Positions 25,996 through 36,909 of a stretch of DNA of 64,000 bases are shown here, piece by piece. Source of the DNA: an uncultured Candidatus Rokubacteria bacterium (lineage in GTDB: Bacteria; Methylomirabilota; Methylomirabilia; Rokubacteriales; DASRDR01); assembly GCA_963708025.1 (NCBI GenBank), contig CAVPSB010000016.1:288001-352000 (forward strand), in the 5' to 3' direction. Made by a program: the position numbers and the translations under genes. Under the pieces are notes generated by a model. It made no database searches and was not told the DNA's origin. It was given only the letters and a program-made list of their open reading frames with translations. The stretch's first letter is position 1, and every line of letters begins with the position of its first letter.

Positions 25996-27060
25996 ATGCG
26001 GCCGCAGATCCTGAATCCGGCGAAGCTGACCGCGCTGTTCCGGGCCGAGCTCCAGCTCTGCGCCGTGAAGCCGGGTGAGACGATCGCCCTCCTGAGCGAC
26101 CTGGCCTCCCGCCGCGAGTACGTCGCCGCGGCCTTTGCCGCCGCCGACGAGCTGGGGGCCCAGATCTACGAGCTGTGCGTCAACTCCATCCCGTCGTGGC
26201 ACCGGGTCGGCGTCCCGACGGTGGGGGCGGCCAAGGGCACCCTCGACGCGATCAAGGCGGCTGACCTGCTCGTCTGCCTCCACATTCCCCTCTTCACGAC
26301 GTGGCTAGCCGAGGTCCGGGCCGGCGGCACCCGGGTGCTCATGATCATCGACGCTCCCGACCAGCTCGCCGAGCTGATGTCGCCCCCCGGCCTCAAGGAG
26401 GCGGTGATCCACGCCGGGCGGCGCCTGGAGCGGGCGCGGGAGATGCGGGTGGTGAGCGATGCCGGCACCGACCTCGTTGTGCGCTGCGGCGAGTATCCCG
26501 TCATGATCCAGTACGGCTTCGCCGAGCTGCCGGGCCGCTTCGACCACTGGGGCGCGGGCATGGTCCACACCTTCCCGAACGAGGGCTCGGCCAACGGCAC
26601 GGTGGTCATCGCGCCGGGCGACATCGTGATCCTCCCGTACTGCCGGTACGTCCAGGACGCGATCCGGCTCCACGTCAGCGGGGGCTTCATCCGGAAGATC
26701 GAGGGGGGACTCGACGCCAAGCTGATGAGCGACTGGCTGGAGGACAACCGCCGGGATCCCGACGACCTGGACGGTCATGCGATCTCGCACCTCGGCTGGG
26801 GTCTCAACCCCCAGGCCCGCTGGTACGACATCGCGCTGCACGGGGACAACCCCGACCGACACCACGCCGCCGCCCGGGCGTTCGCGGGGAACTTCCTCTT
26901 CTCCACGGGGCCGAACACCCAGGGCGGCGGCACCCGCGCGACCCGGGGTCACTACGACGTGCCGATGCGGGACTGCACGGTCCTGCTCGACGGCGAGCCG
27001 ATCATCGAGCGCGGCCGTATCGTTGACCGGCAGATGCGCGTCGAGCGCGTCCCCCGCTGA
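25996..27060 (+). CDS. 2,5-dihydroxypyridine 5,6-dioxygenase (NicX)-like protein
   Basis: PGRFDHW, SHLGWGLNPQARW, RAFAGNFLFSTGPN, GHYDVPMRDC; resembles NicX metal-binding motifs as recalled. Confidence 0.7.
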   Translation: MRPQILNPAKLTALFRAELQLCAVKPGETIALLSDLASRREYVAAAFAAADELGAQIYELCVNSIPSWHRVGVPTVGAAKGTLDAIKAADLLVCLHIPLFTTWLAEVRAGGTRVLMIIDAPDQLAELMSPPGLKEAVIHAGRRLERAREMRVVSDAGTDLVVRCGEYPVMIQYGFAELPGRFDHWGAGMVHTFPNEGSANGTVVIAPGDIVILPYCRYVQDAIRLHVSGGFIRKIEGGLDAKLMSDWLEDNRRDPDDLDGHAISHLGWGLNPQARWYDIALHGDNPDRHHAAARAFAGNFLFSTGPNTQGGGTRATRGHYDVPMRDCTVLLDGEPIIERGRIVDRQMRVERVPR

Positions 27061-27063
27061 TCA

Positions 27064-27130
27064 TTCGGGGGTCTCGGAAGATCCCCCCGATGCCCCCCCG
27101 TCGTGGCGGCGGCGAAGCCGCCGCTCGGAC
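27064..27130 (+). repeat. Post-stop hairpin repeat family 1, copy d
   Basis: ttcgggggtctcggaagatccccccgatgcccccccgtcgtggcggcggcgaagccgccgctcgga, 3 nt after TGA 27060. Confidence 0.85.
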
Positions 27131-27234
27131 GCTCCCGAGGGTCGATGGGCGCAGACCCGCCCCCCCTGCTCACCTCGACGCGCTCTACCGGCCTCCGGCG
27201 CGGCCCTACCGGCAGGGCCCCCGGGCCGGCTCCG

Positions 27235-27320
27235 TCACGGCTTCCGGACGAAGATCGCCAGGGTCTCGGTGTGGCGCAGCACCACCTCGTCGCCCTTCTT
27301 GATCTCCTGGAGGCTTCGTC
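27235..27320 (-). pseudogene. C-terminal gene remnant (..QEIKKGDEVVLRHTETLAIFVRKP*)
   Basis: Coding-like codon pattern ending in TGA, with no intact 5' part. Confidence 0.4.
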
Positions 27321-27365
27321 TTCTCCAGCAGCTCGTACCGCTCGACGCGCCCGCCCTCCGCCTGC

Positions 27366-28121
27366 CTACCGGCCGAGATGCGCCAGGGCGCTCCGCAGTG
27401 GATCGCTGGACATCCGGACCACTCCTTCGAACGGCTGATCCAACTCGAGGATCAGGAAGATCGCACCCGAAATCGACAGCGCACAGACGAACAGGGTCGC
27501 GATGACGGTCGCGTGGCGGGGCGCAAACAGGCCGAAGCTCACGAATATCACGGTGACCCAGAAGGCCAGCATCACCAGGAACGGCGCGGGAATCGAGCGG
27601 CCCCCCTGCTCGAAGAGCAACCAGCGGGTCCGCGCGAGATCGATGCTGATCCGGAGCGCCTCGGCCCGGAGCGAGCGCTGAGCTTCGCTTGCCGGCGAGA
27701 GCGCCTGAATCCTGTCGTAGACACCTTCGGCCCCGGCCGCCCCTGGCTCCAGCTGCGCCGTTCGAGAACCGCTGTTCGGCGACATCAGCTCGAGCGCGCG
27801 GGCGACGAAGCGGCGGAGCAGGTCACGGGCGTCCTTCGTCTCCGGGCCGTAGTGGGCCAGGACACGGTCGAGCACGATGATGCTCGCCGATACCTGCTTC
27901 AGCTCGTTGCTCTGGGTTTCGTACGAGCTCCTGGCCGTGGCGAGCAGCAGACTCAGGACGAGGGCCGCCATCGTCGCCAGCAATCCCATCCCGAGCTTCA
28001 CCACATCCTTCGACTCCGCGCTCAGGTGGTGTTCAGGGAGAGCGGAGCGAAGAAGGATGCCGAGCAGCGCACCCCCGAACACGCACCCGAACACGATGCA
28101 ACCGATCGCCACCGGGCTCAC
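27366..28121 (-). CDS. DUF4239-like membrane protein
   Basis: Four hydrophobic segments; GLLATMAALVLSLL; FLILELDQPFEG. Confidence 0.7.
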   Translation of the reverse strand: MSPVAIGCIVFGCVFGGALLGILLRSALPEHHLSAESKDVVKLGMGLLATMAALVLSLLLATARSSYETQSNELKQVSASIIVLDRVLAHYGPETKDARDLLRRFVARALELMSPNSGSRTAQLEPGAAGAEGVYDRIQALSPASEAQRSLRAEALRISIDLARTRWLLFEQGGRSIPAPFLVMLAFWVTVIFVSFGLFAPRHATVIATLFVCALSISGAIFLILELDQPFEGVVRMSSDPLRSALAHLGR

Positions 28122-28343
28122 GATCCCGGTCTCCCGAGAAGCACACTGGATGCTCGACCGGTCACACCACCACCCAACTGATGAAGAACACCCCGGCCCG
28201 GACGACAGCGGCGGCGGCCGTCCGGAGCCGCGGCGGTCTCAGGCGGGCCGGTCGCGCTCGCTCAGGCACGCGGCGCGTCTCCTTCTCAGCCTGGATCGAC
28301 ATCCTTCGCCCCGCTTCGTGCATGGTACCTGCTCCTCGCTCTG

Positions 28344-30790
28344 CTATTCGGCCAGCGCCTTCTTGAGGACGGCGACCTTGTGGGCTTGCTCCGCGTCGTC
28401 GAGATCGGCCGTCTTCACTTCCTTCAGCTCGATCGTCACCTTGGCGATCTTGCCGGTGAACTTGAACGGCACCTTGTAGGCCTCGGTGACCGGCGTGCCC
28501 TCATCCGCGCCCACGTCGGCGCCTTCGTCCGCCGAGAACGCACAGCACTGGGTGCGTTCGATCCGACCCGCGGCGACCTTCTTGCCGTTGACGAAGAGCG
28601 TGCCCATGCCGCCCTTGCCGACGCCGCCGCCGTCATAGGCGAACTCGAAGCGGATGGTCGCCTTCCCGGCAGGCAGCGCCTGCTTGGCGGCCACCGTGTA
28701 CCGCTGCAGGCCCAGCCAGTTGTAGGTGTAGGTCGGCTTGCCGTCCTTCAGGTAGAGGCTCCAGCCGCCGAAGCGCCCGGCCTGGGCCAGGATCACGCCG
28801 TTGGCCCCCTTCTTCGGGATCTCCACCTCGGCGGTGATCGTGTGCGACCGGTTCTTCACGTTGATGAAGACGTTCTCCGACATCCCGATCATGCCCTCGT
28901 AGACCGTCAGCGAGGTGCGGCCGGCCATCAGGTCGGGCCGCCCGACCAGGGCGGCGTTCAGGCGCTCCAAGGTCCGGTCATCGAGCGGCAGCACGGAGTA
29001 CTTGACCGCTTCCTTCAGGAAGAGGTCCTGCAGCTCCTTGAGCTTCTCGGGGTTCTTCGCGGCCAGGTCGTTCGCCAGGCTGAAGTCCGTCCGCGTGTCG
29101 TACAGCTCCCACTTGTCGTTCTCGAGCGTCGTCCGGGGCTTGAATTCCCAGGCCGCCCGGTGGACGGTGCCGGCCAGCCAGCCGTCGTGGTAGATGGCGC
29201 GGTTGCCGAAGATCTCGAAGTACTGGGTCGTGTGCCGGCTCGGCGCCTTGGCGTCGGCGAAGGTGTAGACCAGGCTCACGCCTTCGATGGGGGTCTGCGG
29301 CGTCCCGTTCACGCTCTTCGGCTCGGGCAGGCCGGCCGCTTCCAGGATCGTCGGCGCGATGTCGATGACGTGGTGCCACTGCGAGCGCACCTCGCCCTTC
29401 GCCGTGATGCCCTTGGGCCAGTGGATCACCATCCCGTTGCGGGTGCCGCCGTAGCTCGAGGCGACCTGCTTCGTCCACGTGAAGGGCGTATCGCCCGCGA
29501 CCGCCCAGCCGGCGGCGTAGTGGCGGATAGGTCGTCGGGCCGCCGAGCTCGTCGTAGTGCTTGAGGATGTCCTGGACGGTCTCGTGCACGCCGTTGAAGT
29601 AGGTCATCTCGTTGAAGAGCCCGTTCATGCCGCCTTCGGCGCTCGCCCCGTTGTCGCCGACGATGTAGAAGATCAGCGTGTTGTCGAGCTGGCCGGTCTC
29701 CTCGATGGCCTGGATCAGCCGGCCGATCTCCGTGTCGGCGTACTCGCCGAAGCCGGCGAACACCTCCATCTGGCGGGCGAAGAGCTTCTTCTCATCCGCG
29801 GTCAGCGCGGCCCAGTCCTTGATGGCCTCGGGCTTGGGCGCGAGCTTCGTGCCCGCCGGCACCACGCCCAGCTTGATTCTGCCGCGCCAGCGTCTCCTCG
29901 CGCAGCTTGTCCCAGCCCTGGTCGAACTTGCCCTTGTACTTGGCGATCCACTCCTTCGGCACGTGGTGCGGCGCGTGGGTGGCGCCGGGCGCGAAGTAGA
30001 TGAAGAACGGCTTGTCCGGCGTCAGCGACTTCTGGTACCGCATCCAGTCGATCGCCTGGTTGGTCATGTCGGTCATGAAGTGGTAGTTCGGGTCCTTCGG
30101 CGGCTCGACCTGGTTCATGCCGTCGTAGAGCAGCGGCGCCCACTGGTTGGTCTCGCCGCCGATGAAGCCGTAGAACTTGTCGAAGCCCGAGCGGGTCGGC
30201 CAGCGGTCGGTCGGGCCGGAGGGGCTGACCTCCCAGGCCGCGGTCTCGTGCGACTTGCCGAAGGCGGCGGTGCTGTAGCCGTTCAGCCGCAGCATCTCCG
30301 CCAGCGGCGCCACGCTGTTGGGGCGCTGGCCGGTCTGTCCGGGGAAGGCGGTGGCGGTCTCCGTGATCGAGCCCATGTTGTTCATGTGATGGTTGCGGCC
30401 GCTGAGCAGCGCCGCGCGGGTCGGCGAGCAGAGCGCCGTGGTGTGGAACTCGTTGTAGCGCAGCCCGCCGTTGGCCAGGCGCTCCACCGTCGGCATGTGG
30501 ATGGGCCCGCCGAAGGCGCTCGACTGGCCGAAGCCCATGTCGTCGATCAGCACGATGAGGACGTTGGGCGCGCTGGCCGGCGCCTTGACCTCGAACCGCG
30601 GCGGCGGCGTGGCATTGCGGGCATCGAACACGGTGCTGTGCGGGTACTGGGGCTCCGGGATCGGCAGCACCGTGCGGTCGGTCGGCAGCACGACCCGCGC
30701 GGGGGCGGCCCCCTGGGCGGCGACGGGCGCCGCCGTCAGCGGGGCCAGCAGCAGGGTCACGCTCAGGGCAAAGGTCATCGACGTCCGCAT
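28344..30790 (-). CDS. Exported Cys-type arylsulfatase with C-terminal beta-sandwich, two frameshifts
   Basis: PNVLIVLIDDMGFG, LCSPTRAALLSGR (CxPxR), GKSH, HAPHH, GDNG, WELYD; indels near 29880 and 29525. Confidence 0.9.
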
Positions 30791-30971
30791 GTGGTTCGCT
30801 CCTCCGATCTTACGGCATTAGGTGGATCGCCGAACTTCGCCGGCGGGGGCGGAAGATACTTCCCGTCGATCGTCTCGGTGGCGCTGGGCGACCCCGGCAT
30901 GCCGTAGATCTGCTGGGCGTGGGCGCTCGGGCGCGCTCATCCCTTGGCCCTCTTTGTCCGGCGGCAATCGC

Positions 30972-31751
30972 TCAGAAGCGGATGCTCAGCCCCACGATCG
31001 GTCCGTGCATCGTCGTGTCCAGCCGGAACTCCTGCCGGCCCTGGCCGCTCGAGAAGTCCTGACCGAGCGCCTTGTAGCCCCCGAGGATGGCCCACTCGAG
31101 CCCCGCGCCCTGCCACCGGTACCCGAGGAGCCCCAGCGCCGACCAGGCGAAGTCGGAGCCGACGCCGAAGCCTCCGATGTCGCCCCGAAGGATGATGAAG
31201 AAGCGCTCGGTCAGACCGAAGGTCACCTGGCCGCCGACGATCGGATCGATCCAGTCCCGGCTCTGGTTGGAGGACGGCGCACCCCGCGTGTCGAGGTCCA
31301 GCTCCACGTCGGAGTAGCGGCCGCCGGCGTACGCGTCGAGGGCGACGCCGCGCCCCTCGCCGCCCGTCGTGTCGAGGAGGCGGTACTGCAGGCCGAACTC
31401 CACCAGCCACATCCGTTCCCGGATGTCGAGCCCCTTGGCGCCGGCGTCGTCGACCCCGAGCTTCACGTAGAAAACGTCCGCGAAGGCGCCAAACCGCCCC
31501 CGCGTGACCTCGAGGTGGCCCTGGAGGCCGATCAGGGAGTCGGTGTTGTCCAGGATGTCGATGAAGCTGGCGTCCGCCGACGCGGTGACCCCCCGCACCG
31601 TCAGGTCACCGGAGAGGCCCGCCGCCCAGATGTATGGGGTGACGGTGACCTGCCAGCTGGCGGGGTCGCCGTCGGCAGCAAAGGCCGTGGTGCCCGCCGT
31701 CGAGACGGCAAGGCCCAGCAGCAACGGGAGCGCGACCGCCACCCTGCTCAT
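30972..31751 (-). CDS. Outer-membrane beta-barrel protein
   Basis: Signal peptide; alternating strands (WQVTVTPYIW, WIDPIVG, RGDIGGFG); terminal Phe. Confidence 0.75.
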   Translation of the reverse strand: MSRVAVALPLLLGLAVSTAGTTAFAADGDPASWQVTVTPYIWAAGLSGDLTVRGVTASADASFIDILDNTDSLIGLQGHLEVTRGRFGAFADVFYVKLGVDDAGAKGLDIRERMWLVEFGLQYRLLDTTGGEGRGVALDAYAGGRYSDVELDLDTRGAPSSNQSRDWIDPIVGGQVTFGLTERFFIILRGDIGGFGVGSDFAWSALGLLGYRWQGAGLEWAILGGYKALGQDFSSGQGRQEFRLDTTMHGPIVGLSIRF

Positions 31752-31820
31752 GCCAAGTTCTCCTCTCGAACTGCCGGGAGGTGAGGGATCCGAGCGATTC
31801 CGGAGCGGGCCCGGGCCGGC

Positions 31821-32240
31821 TCACCGCCGTCGCAGCTCGATGCTGCTTCGCCCGTCGATGCCCACCAGGGTGCCCTCACCCTTCAGGACTTCCTGCGCGC
31901 CAGACCCGTAGAGGGTCGCGGTTCCCCGCATGGTGGAGCCTTCGTACGCGACCTTGCCGTCCACGATCCGCCACGTACCCATCCCCGGCGCCCCGCCCAT
32001 GTTCGACGTGAACGTCCCGTCCTCCTTGACCGTGACCCGCCCCGAGACGCCTGGTCCGCCGTACGCCCCGGCGCCCCGGGCGCCCGTCGCGGAGCCCTCC
32101 CACTCGCCGGCGAGGCTCTTGAGGTCCCCGGCCTGGAGCGTCCTCGCGGGAGGCAGGGGTATGGGCGTCGCGCACCCGGCCAGGAACGCCACCGCGACCA
32201 CCATCACCAGCAACCACATTCGCGTGCTTCCTCGGTTCAT
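31821..32240 (-). CDS. Lipoprotein of unknown function
   Basis: Lipobox FLAGC after a hydrophobic stretch; GGAGGA RBS. Confidence 0.75.
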   Translation of the reverse strand: MNRGSTRMWLLVMVVAVAFLAGCATPIPLPPARTLQAGDLKSLAGEWEGSATGARGAGAYGGPGVSGRVTVKEDGTFTSNMGGAPGMGTWRIVDGKVAYEGSTMRGTATLYGSGAQEVLKGEGTLVGIDGRSSIELRRR

Positions 32241-32349
32241 TGCTTCCTCCTGTCTTCCAGCACCAGCCTGGCGGTGCCGACGAACGTTGTGCGGTGCCGC
32301 GCCTGCGACCGCGTGTCGCGCTCCTGCATCGTCTCGTCCTTGGACCTGG

Positions 32350-32958
32350 CTACTGCCGCCAGATCGCCTCGAGCGCCGTCGCGAGGTCACGGCCGAGCGC
32401 CGCGACGAGCCGGCTCTGGGCCGAGACCAGCGTGGCGTAGCCCCCTCCGGCCGGCTCGCTATGGCTCGACTTCCCCGTGGTGGCCGGGACCTTTCCACCT
32501 CGTCTGGAGATGGTCCAGGCCGCGACGAGCCAGCAGTCGCCGCCCAGGGTCCCCTCGAACCGGGTGATGTCCACGGCCACCTCGTAGTCGATGGGGACAG
32601 CCCCCGCCCAGGGGAAGACCGCCACGCGCTCCGTCGGGATGAGCAGGGCGAGATTCTCGGCCAGGACCCGGGTGACGTTGTCCCCGAGGGGGGCCGCCCA
32701 CTGGTCGAACTCCGCCAGGCGGAGCGCGTTGCCGCCGACGCGGGTCACGATCTGCGGTCGATCCAGCTGGGCCGGGAGCTCCACCGGGCGGAGGCCGACG
32801 GTGGGTCGAGAGCCGGCGGAGCCGTCACTCGGCCGCTCGGCGACCGCGAGCGCGGTCAAGACGTAGAATCTCGTTTCCGGGACGGTCGAACACCCACTCC
32901 CGCCGAGAGCGGCCGCGCACGCCGCGACCGAGACCCAGCGGAGGAGAGGGCCCATCAT
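32350..32958 (-). CDS. PqiC-family ABC transport auxiliary lipoprotein
   Basis: GSGC lipobox, RFYVL, LDRPQIV, EFDQWA; ATGA overlap with the MCE gene. Confidence 0.85.
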   Translation of the reverse strand: MMGPLLRWVSVAACAAALGGSGCSTVPETRFYVLTALAVAERPSDGSAGSRPTVGLRPVELPAQLDRPQIVTRVGGNALRLAEFDQWAAPLGDNVTRVLAENLALLIPTERVAVFPWAGAVPIDYEVAVDITRFEGTLGGDCWLVAAWTISRRGGKVPATTGKSSHSEPAGGGYATLVSAQSRLVAALGRDLATALEAIWRQ

Positions 32959-34399
32959 TCGACTCCCCTCCGGCCCTTGCCGAACAGCACGGACTCGGGA
33001 CGTCGCTCCAGGTAGCTGGACAGGGTGCGGAACGCCCGGGCGGCCGCCGCCAGCTCCTGGAGCGTCACCCTGAGCTGGTAGCGGAGGGGCGACTGCTCTT
33101 CGAGCACGCCGTCCACGCTGGCCAGCGTGGTCTCGGCCTTCTCCAGGGCGCCGCGGGCCGCGCCGGCGGTCCGCTCGATCTCCTGCACCAGCGGGCCGAG
33201 GTCCGCCAGCACCTGGCTCACCGCCGGCACCGTCTCCGCGTCCACCCGCCGCACCAGCTCGCGGGTCGCGCCGGCCGTCTTCCCGACCTCCTCCACCAGC
33301 GGCCGGAGCTCCGCCAGGAGCCGGTTCACCGCCGGCACCGTCTCCGCGTCCACTCGCCGCACCAGCTCGCGCGCGGCGCCAGCGGCCTTTCCAGTGTCGT
33401 CCACCAGCGGCCGGAGGTCCGCCAGGAGCCGGTTCACTGCCGGCACCGTCTCCGCGTCCACCCGCCGCACCAGCTCGCGCGCGGCGCCGGCGGCCTTCCC
33501 GGTGTCGTCCACCAGCGGCCGGAGCTCCGTCAGGACCTGGCTCACCGCCGGCACGGTCTCGGCATCCACCCGCCGCACCAGCCGTTGAGCGTCCCTCACG
33601 GTCTCGTTCACCGCCGTGACGGTCTGGCCCTCGACGCGGCGCGCGAGCGCCTCGATCGCGGCCAGGGTGTCGTTGGCGCTCGCCGACGTCCGGTCGAGGA
33701 CGGAGCCGAGTGTGGTGACGCGGGCGTCCGCGTTCGCGACCAGGCGGTCGAGACCCTTCAGCGCGGCCGCTGCCGGAGACGACGGCTGCCTCGAGCTCCG
33801 GCCGGTTCACCAGCCGCGCCATCCCCTGCAGGATGTCCTGGACGTTCTTCGCCAGCTCGGCCGTGTTCAGCTCCTCCAGGCCCCGGCCGATCGCGCTCAT
33901 GCGCGACGGGATCGTGGGAAACTCGGGATACTTCTCGGGCCGCCCGACCAGCCTGATGGAACGTGCCAGGATGGAAGTCGAGGTTGATGGCCAGCTGGCC
34001 GGTCACGAAGCTCTGCGTCTCCAGCTGCGCGCGCAGACCGCGCTGCGATGAGGGCTCGTATGCCCGCGGCTCCCGGCCGGAATTGCAGTGATCCCGCCTG
34101 TCGACACTGCGTGATGCGGTCGGCCTCGAGCTCGAGGAAGACCGGGACGCGAACCTGCTCCGACTTCGAGTCGATCACCACCTTGATGTCGGTGACGGAT
34201 CCCACCTTGACGCCCCGGAACAGGTCACCGGGGCGCCCATGTCGCGAGGCCCTTGATGGACTCGTCGAAGTACGCCACCCACGGCTGGGTGGACCGGAAG
34301 AACTTCCCGCCGCCAAAGACCACCAGGCCGGCGACGGCCAGGACCACCGCACCCAGCACGAACGCCTCCGAGCAGGGCCGGATTCGGCTTGCGAGCCAT
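32955..34399 (-). CDS. MCE-domain protein (MlaD/PqiB-like) with extended helical tail, frameshifted
   Basis: FVLGAVVLA, YFDESIKGL, FRGVKVGSV, TGQLAINLDF, ends YLERRPESVLFGK. Confidence 0.85.
33150..33582 (-). repeat. Intragenic tandem repeat, 4 x 108 bp (36 aa)
   Basis: LVRRVDAETVPAV.... unit; cgccgcaccag recurs at 108-nt spacing (about 33247, 33355, 33463, 33571). Confidence 0.9.
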
Positions 34400-34402
34400 G
34401 CC

Positions 34403-35170
34403 TCATGCTCCCTTTCGATTCGCCCCGCGTGAGGAATCGCCGGACCGTCGGGTGCGGCGACTCCTCCAGCAGGGTCTTCGGATTTCCGGTGGCGAGCATC
34501 GTTTTCGTCTCCGCGTCCAGGAAGACCGAGTTGGTGCCGATGGCGAAGATGCTGGCCAGCTCGTGCGTGACCACCACGACCGTGGCGCCGAGGCTGTCCC
34601 GCAGCTCGAGGATCAGGTCGTCCAGGAGGCGGGCGCTGATCGGGTCCAGGCCGGCGGACGGCTCGTCGAAGAACAGGATGTCCGGATCCAGCGCCATCGC
34701 GCGCGCCAGCCCCGCCCGCTTCCGCATGCCCCCGCTGATCTCGGAGGGGTAGAAGTCCTCGAAGCCCGCCAGCCCGACCAGCGCCAGCTTGAGCGAGACG
34801 AGATCGCGGATCTCCGCCGGGCGGCAGGTCGGTGTACTGCTCGAGCGGCAGCGCCACGTTCTCGGCCAGCGTCATGGAGCTCCACAGGGCGCCGCTCTGG
34901 TAGAGGACGCCGAAGCGCCGCATCATGCGCTCGCGCGCGTCCGGCTCGGCCTCCCAGAAGCTCTCGCCGTCGTAGAGCACCTCGCCCCGGGCGGGCTCGG
35001 ATCAGCCCGATCAGGTGCCGGAGGAGGGTGCTCTTGCCGCACCCGCTGCCGCCCATGATGATGAAGATGTCCTCGCGCCGGACCGTGAAGGTGAGGTCCC
35101 GCTGGATCACGCGCTCGCCATACGCCATGTCGAGGTTGCGCACCTCGATGCGGGCCTCCCGTTCGGGCAT
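34403..35170 (-). CDS. MlaF-like ABC ATPase, frameshifted
   Basis: GGSGCGKSTL, VLYQSGALWSSMT, SGGMRKRAGLARA, DEPSAGLDP, VTHEL; 3' end approximate. Confidence 0.85.
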
Positions 35171-35195
35171 CGTCCCGTCGGTCGCGCATCACTCC

Positions 35196-36387
35196 TCAGA
35201 ATCCGATGAGGTCGAAGATCACGGTCATGACCGCGTCCGACACGATGATGCTGACGATCCCCGTCACCACCGCCGAGGTCGCCGCCGCACCCGACGGCGG
35301 CGGAGCTGCGCCCGCACTCCATGCCGCGGAGACATCCGGCGATGGCCACCAGCACGCCGAAGACGGTGCCCTTGATGAGCCCCGCCAGCACGTCGTTGAG
35401 GCCGATGGCGGCGGCTCGTCCGCAGGTAGTACTGGACGCCGCCCGAGTCGAGCAGGCCGAGCCCCACCGCTCGCGCCGCCCGAGGATGCCCATGAGGTCC
35501 GCGTAGAGGCAGAGGAGCGGCATCATCAGCGGCCAGGGCCAGCATCCGCGGCAGCACCAGGAACTCCATGGGCGAGATGCCGAGGGTCGTCAGCGCGTCG
35601 ATCTCCTCGTTGACCTGCATGGTGCCGAGCTGGGCGGCGAAGGCCGCGCCCGTCCGCCCGGCCATGATGATGCCCGTCATCATCGCCCCCATCTCCCGCG
35701 TCATGGCGATCCCGACGAGGTCCGCGACGTAGATCTGGGCCCCGAACTGCCGGAGCTGGATGGCGCCGACGAAGGCCAGGATGACGCCGACCAGGAAGCT
35801 GATGAGGGTGACGATCGGGAGCGCCTGGGCGCCGCACTCCTGCAGGAGCAGGAGGAAGTCGACCCGCCGGAACCGGGCGGTGCCGCGCAGCAGCCTCGGG
35901 AGGCAGAGGATCGCCTCGCCGAGGAAGGTCAGGATGGCCGTCGTGGCCTCGCGGCCGTCAGCGCGCCGATGCCGAGGCGCGCCAGCCAGGAGGGGGCACC
36001 CCGGACCGGCTCGGTGTCCGTTCGCCTCGGCACCTTCGCCGCCAGGGTCAGCAGCCGCTGGACGCCGCCGGGCAGCCCGCTCCGGTCGGTCTCGATGTGG
36101 CGCCGATCGTTCTCGGCGATGACGTCGTCCAGGAACGTCAGGAGGCCGGTGTCCCAGCCGGTGAGCCCCGCGGTGTCGAACGACATCCGACTGGGGCGAC
36201 TGGGGGCCGGGGTGGACTCCACGTGCCGGCGGACCTCAGCCGGGCCCGGCAGCTTCAGCCCGAGCTGCCAGCTCCCGGACAGCCGGACCAGGAGCGTGTC
36301 GCTCGTCGGCCGCTCGAAGCCCAGGCTGCACGCCCCGGGCGAGGCCTCCTCCGCCTCCACGGCGCGTCTCCCCTCGCTCATAGCCAC
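35196..36387 (-). CDS. MlaE-like ABC permease with N-terminal STAS-like domain, frameshifted
   Basis: GAQALPIVTLIS, REMGAMMTGIIMAGRTGAAFAAQLGTMQVNEEIDAL, LVLPR. Confidence 0.85.
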
Positions 36388-36428
36388 CCTCGCCTGTCTC
36401 GCCCGATCACAGCGGGGACCGCTCGTGG

Positions 36429-36767
36429 CTACTCATCGCCTCCCCTCGCCCGCCGGCGGCGGCGCGGGACCGGAGGCTGGCGTCGCCGATCTGGCGGGGC
36501 CGCGGGTGACCCCGGTGTGGCACACGCCAGCAGCAGCGCGACATACGGGGAGGCCCCCAGCAGGTGCACGCCCTCGCCAGCCAGCCGCCGAAGCAGCGCC
36601 ACGCCGGCGTCACTGCCACCCGTCAGGTGAGTCAGATCGAGTACCAGCGGGCGCCGCGCCCTCCGGCAGACGCCGTCGAGCTCGGCGACCCCGTCGTTGG
36701 CGAGCCGTCCGTCGACACGGATCGCGGTGAGATCCGCAGCCTCGGCGACGGTCACGCGCAACGCCAA
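36429..36767 (-). CDS. Small STAS-like protein
   Basis: IRVDGRL..LVLDLTHL...DAGVALLRRL...ASPYVALLL; start approximate. Confidence 0.55.
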   Translation of the reverse strand: MALRVTVAEAADLTAIRVDGRLANDGVAELDGVCRRARRPLVLDLTHLTGGSDAGVALLRRLAGEGVHLLGASPYVALLLACATPGSPAAPPDRRRQPPVPRRRRRARGGDE

Positions 36768-36909
36768 CGCGCTACCGCCGGCCTCGCGTCGTGGCCCGAG
36801 GCATCCAGAGCAGCGAGCGGCGAAGCCCCAGACGGTGTGAATCGTCTCGACGTCGCCCCACATCCGAGCTCAACTCGTACTCCCCTGACCCCGTCGGTCG
36901 CTCGAGGAC

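Noticed and set aside
33150-33582. Possible CRISPR array
   Set aside because: Contiguous 108-bp in-frame coding repeats without unique spacers; no cas genes in the window.
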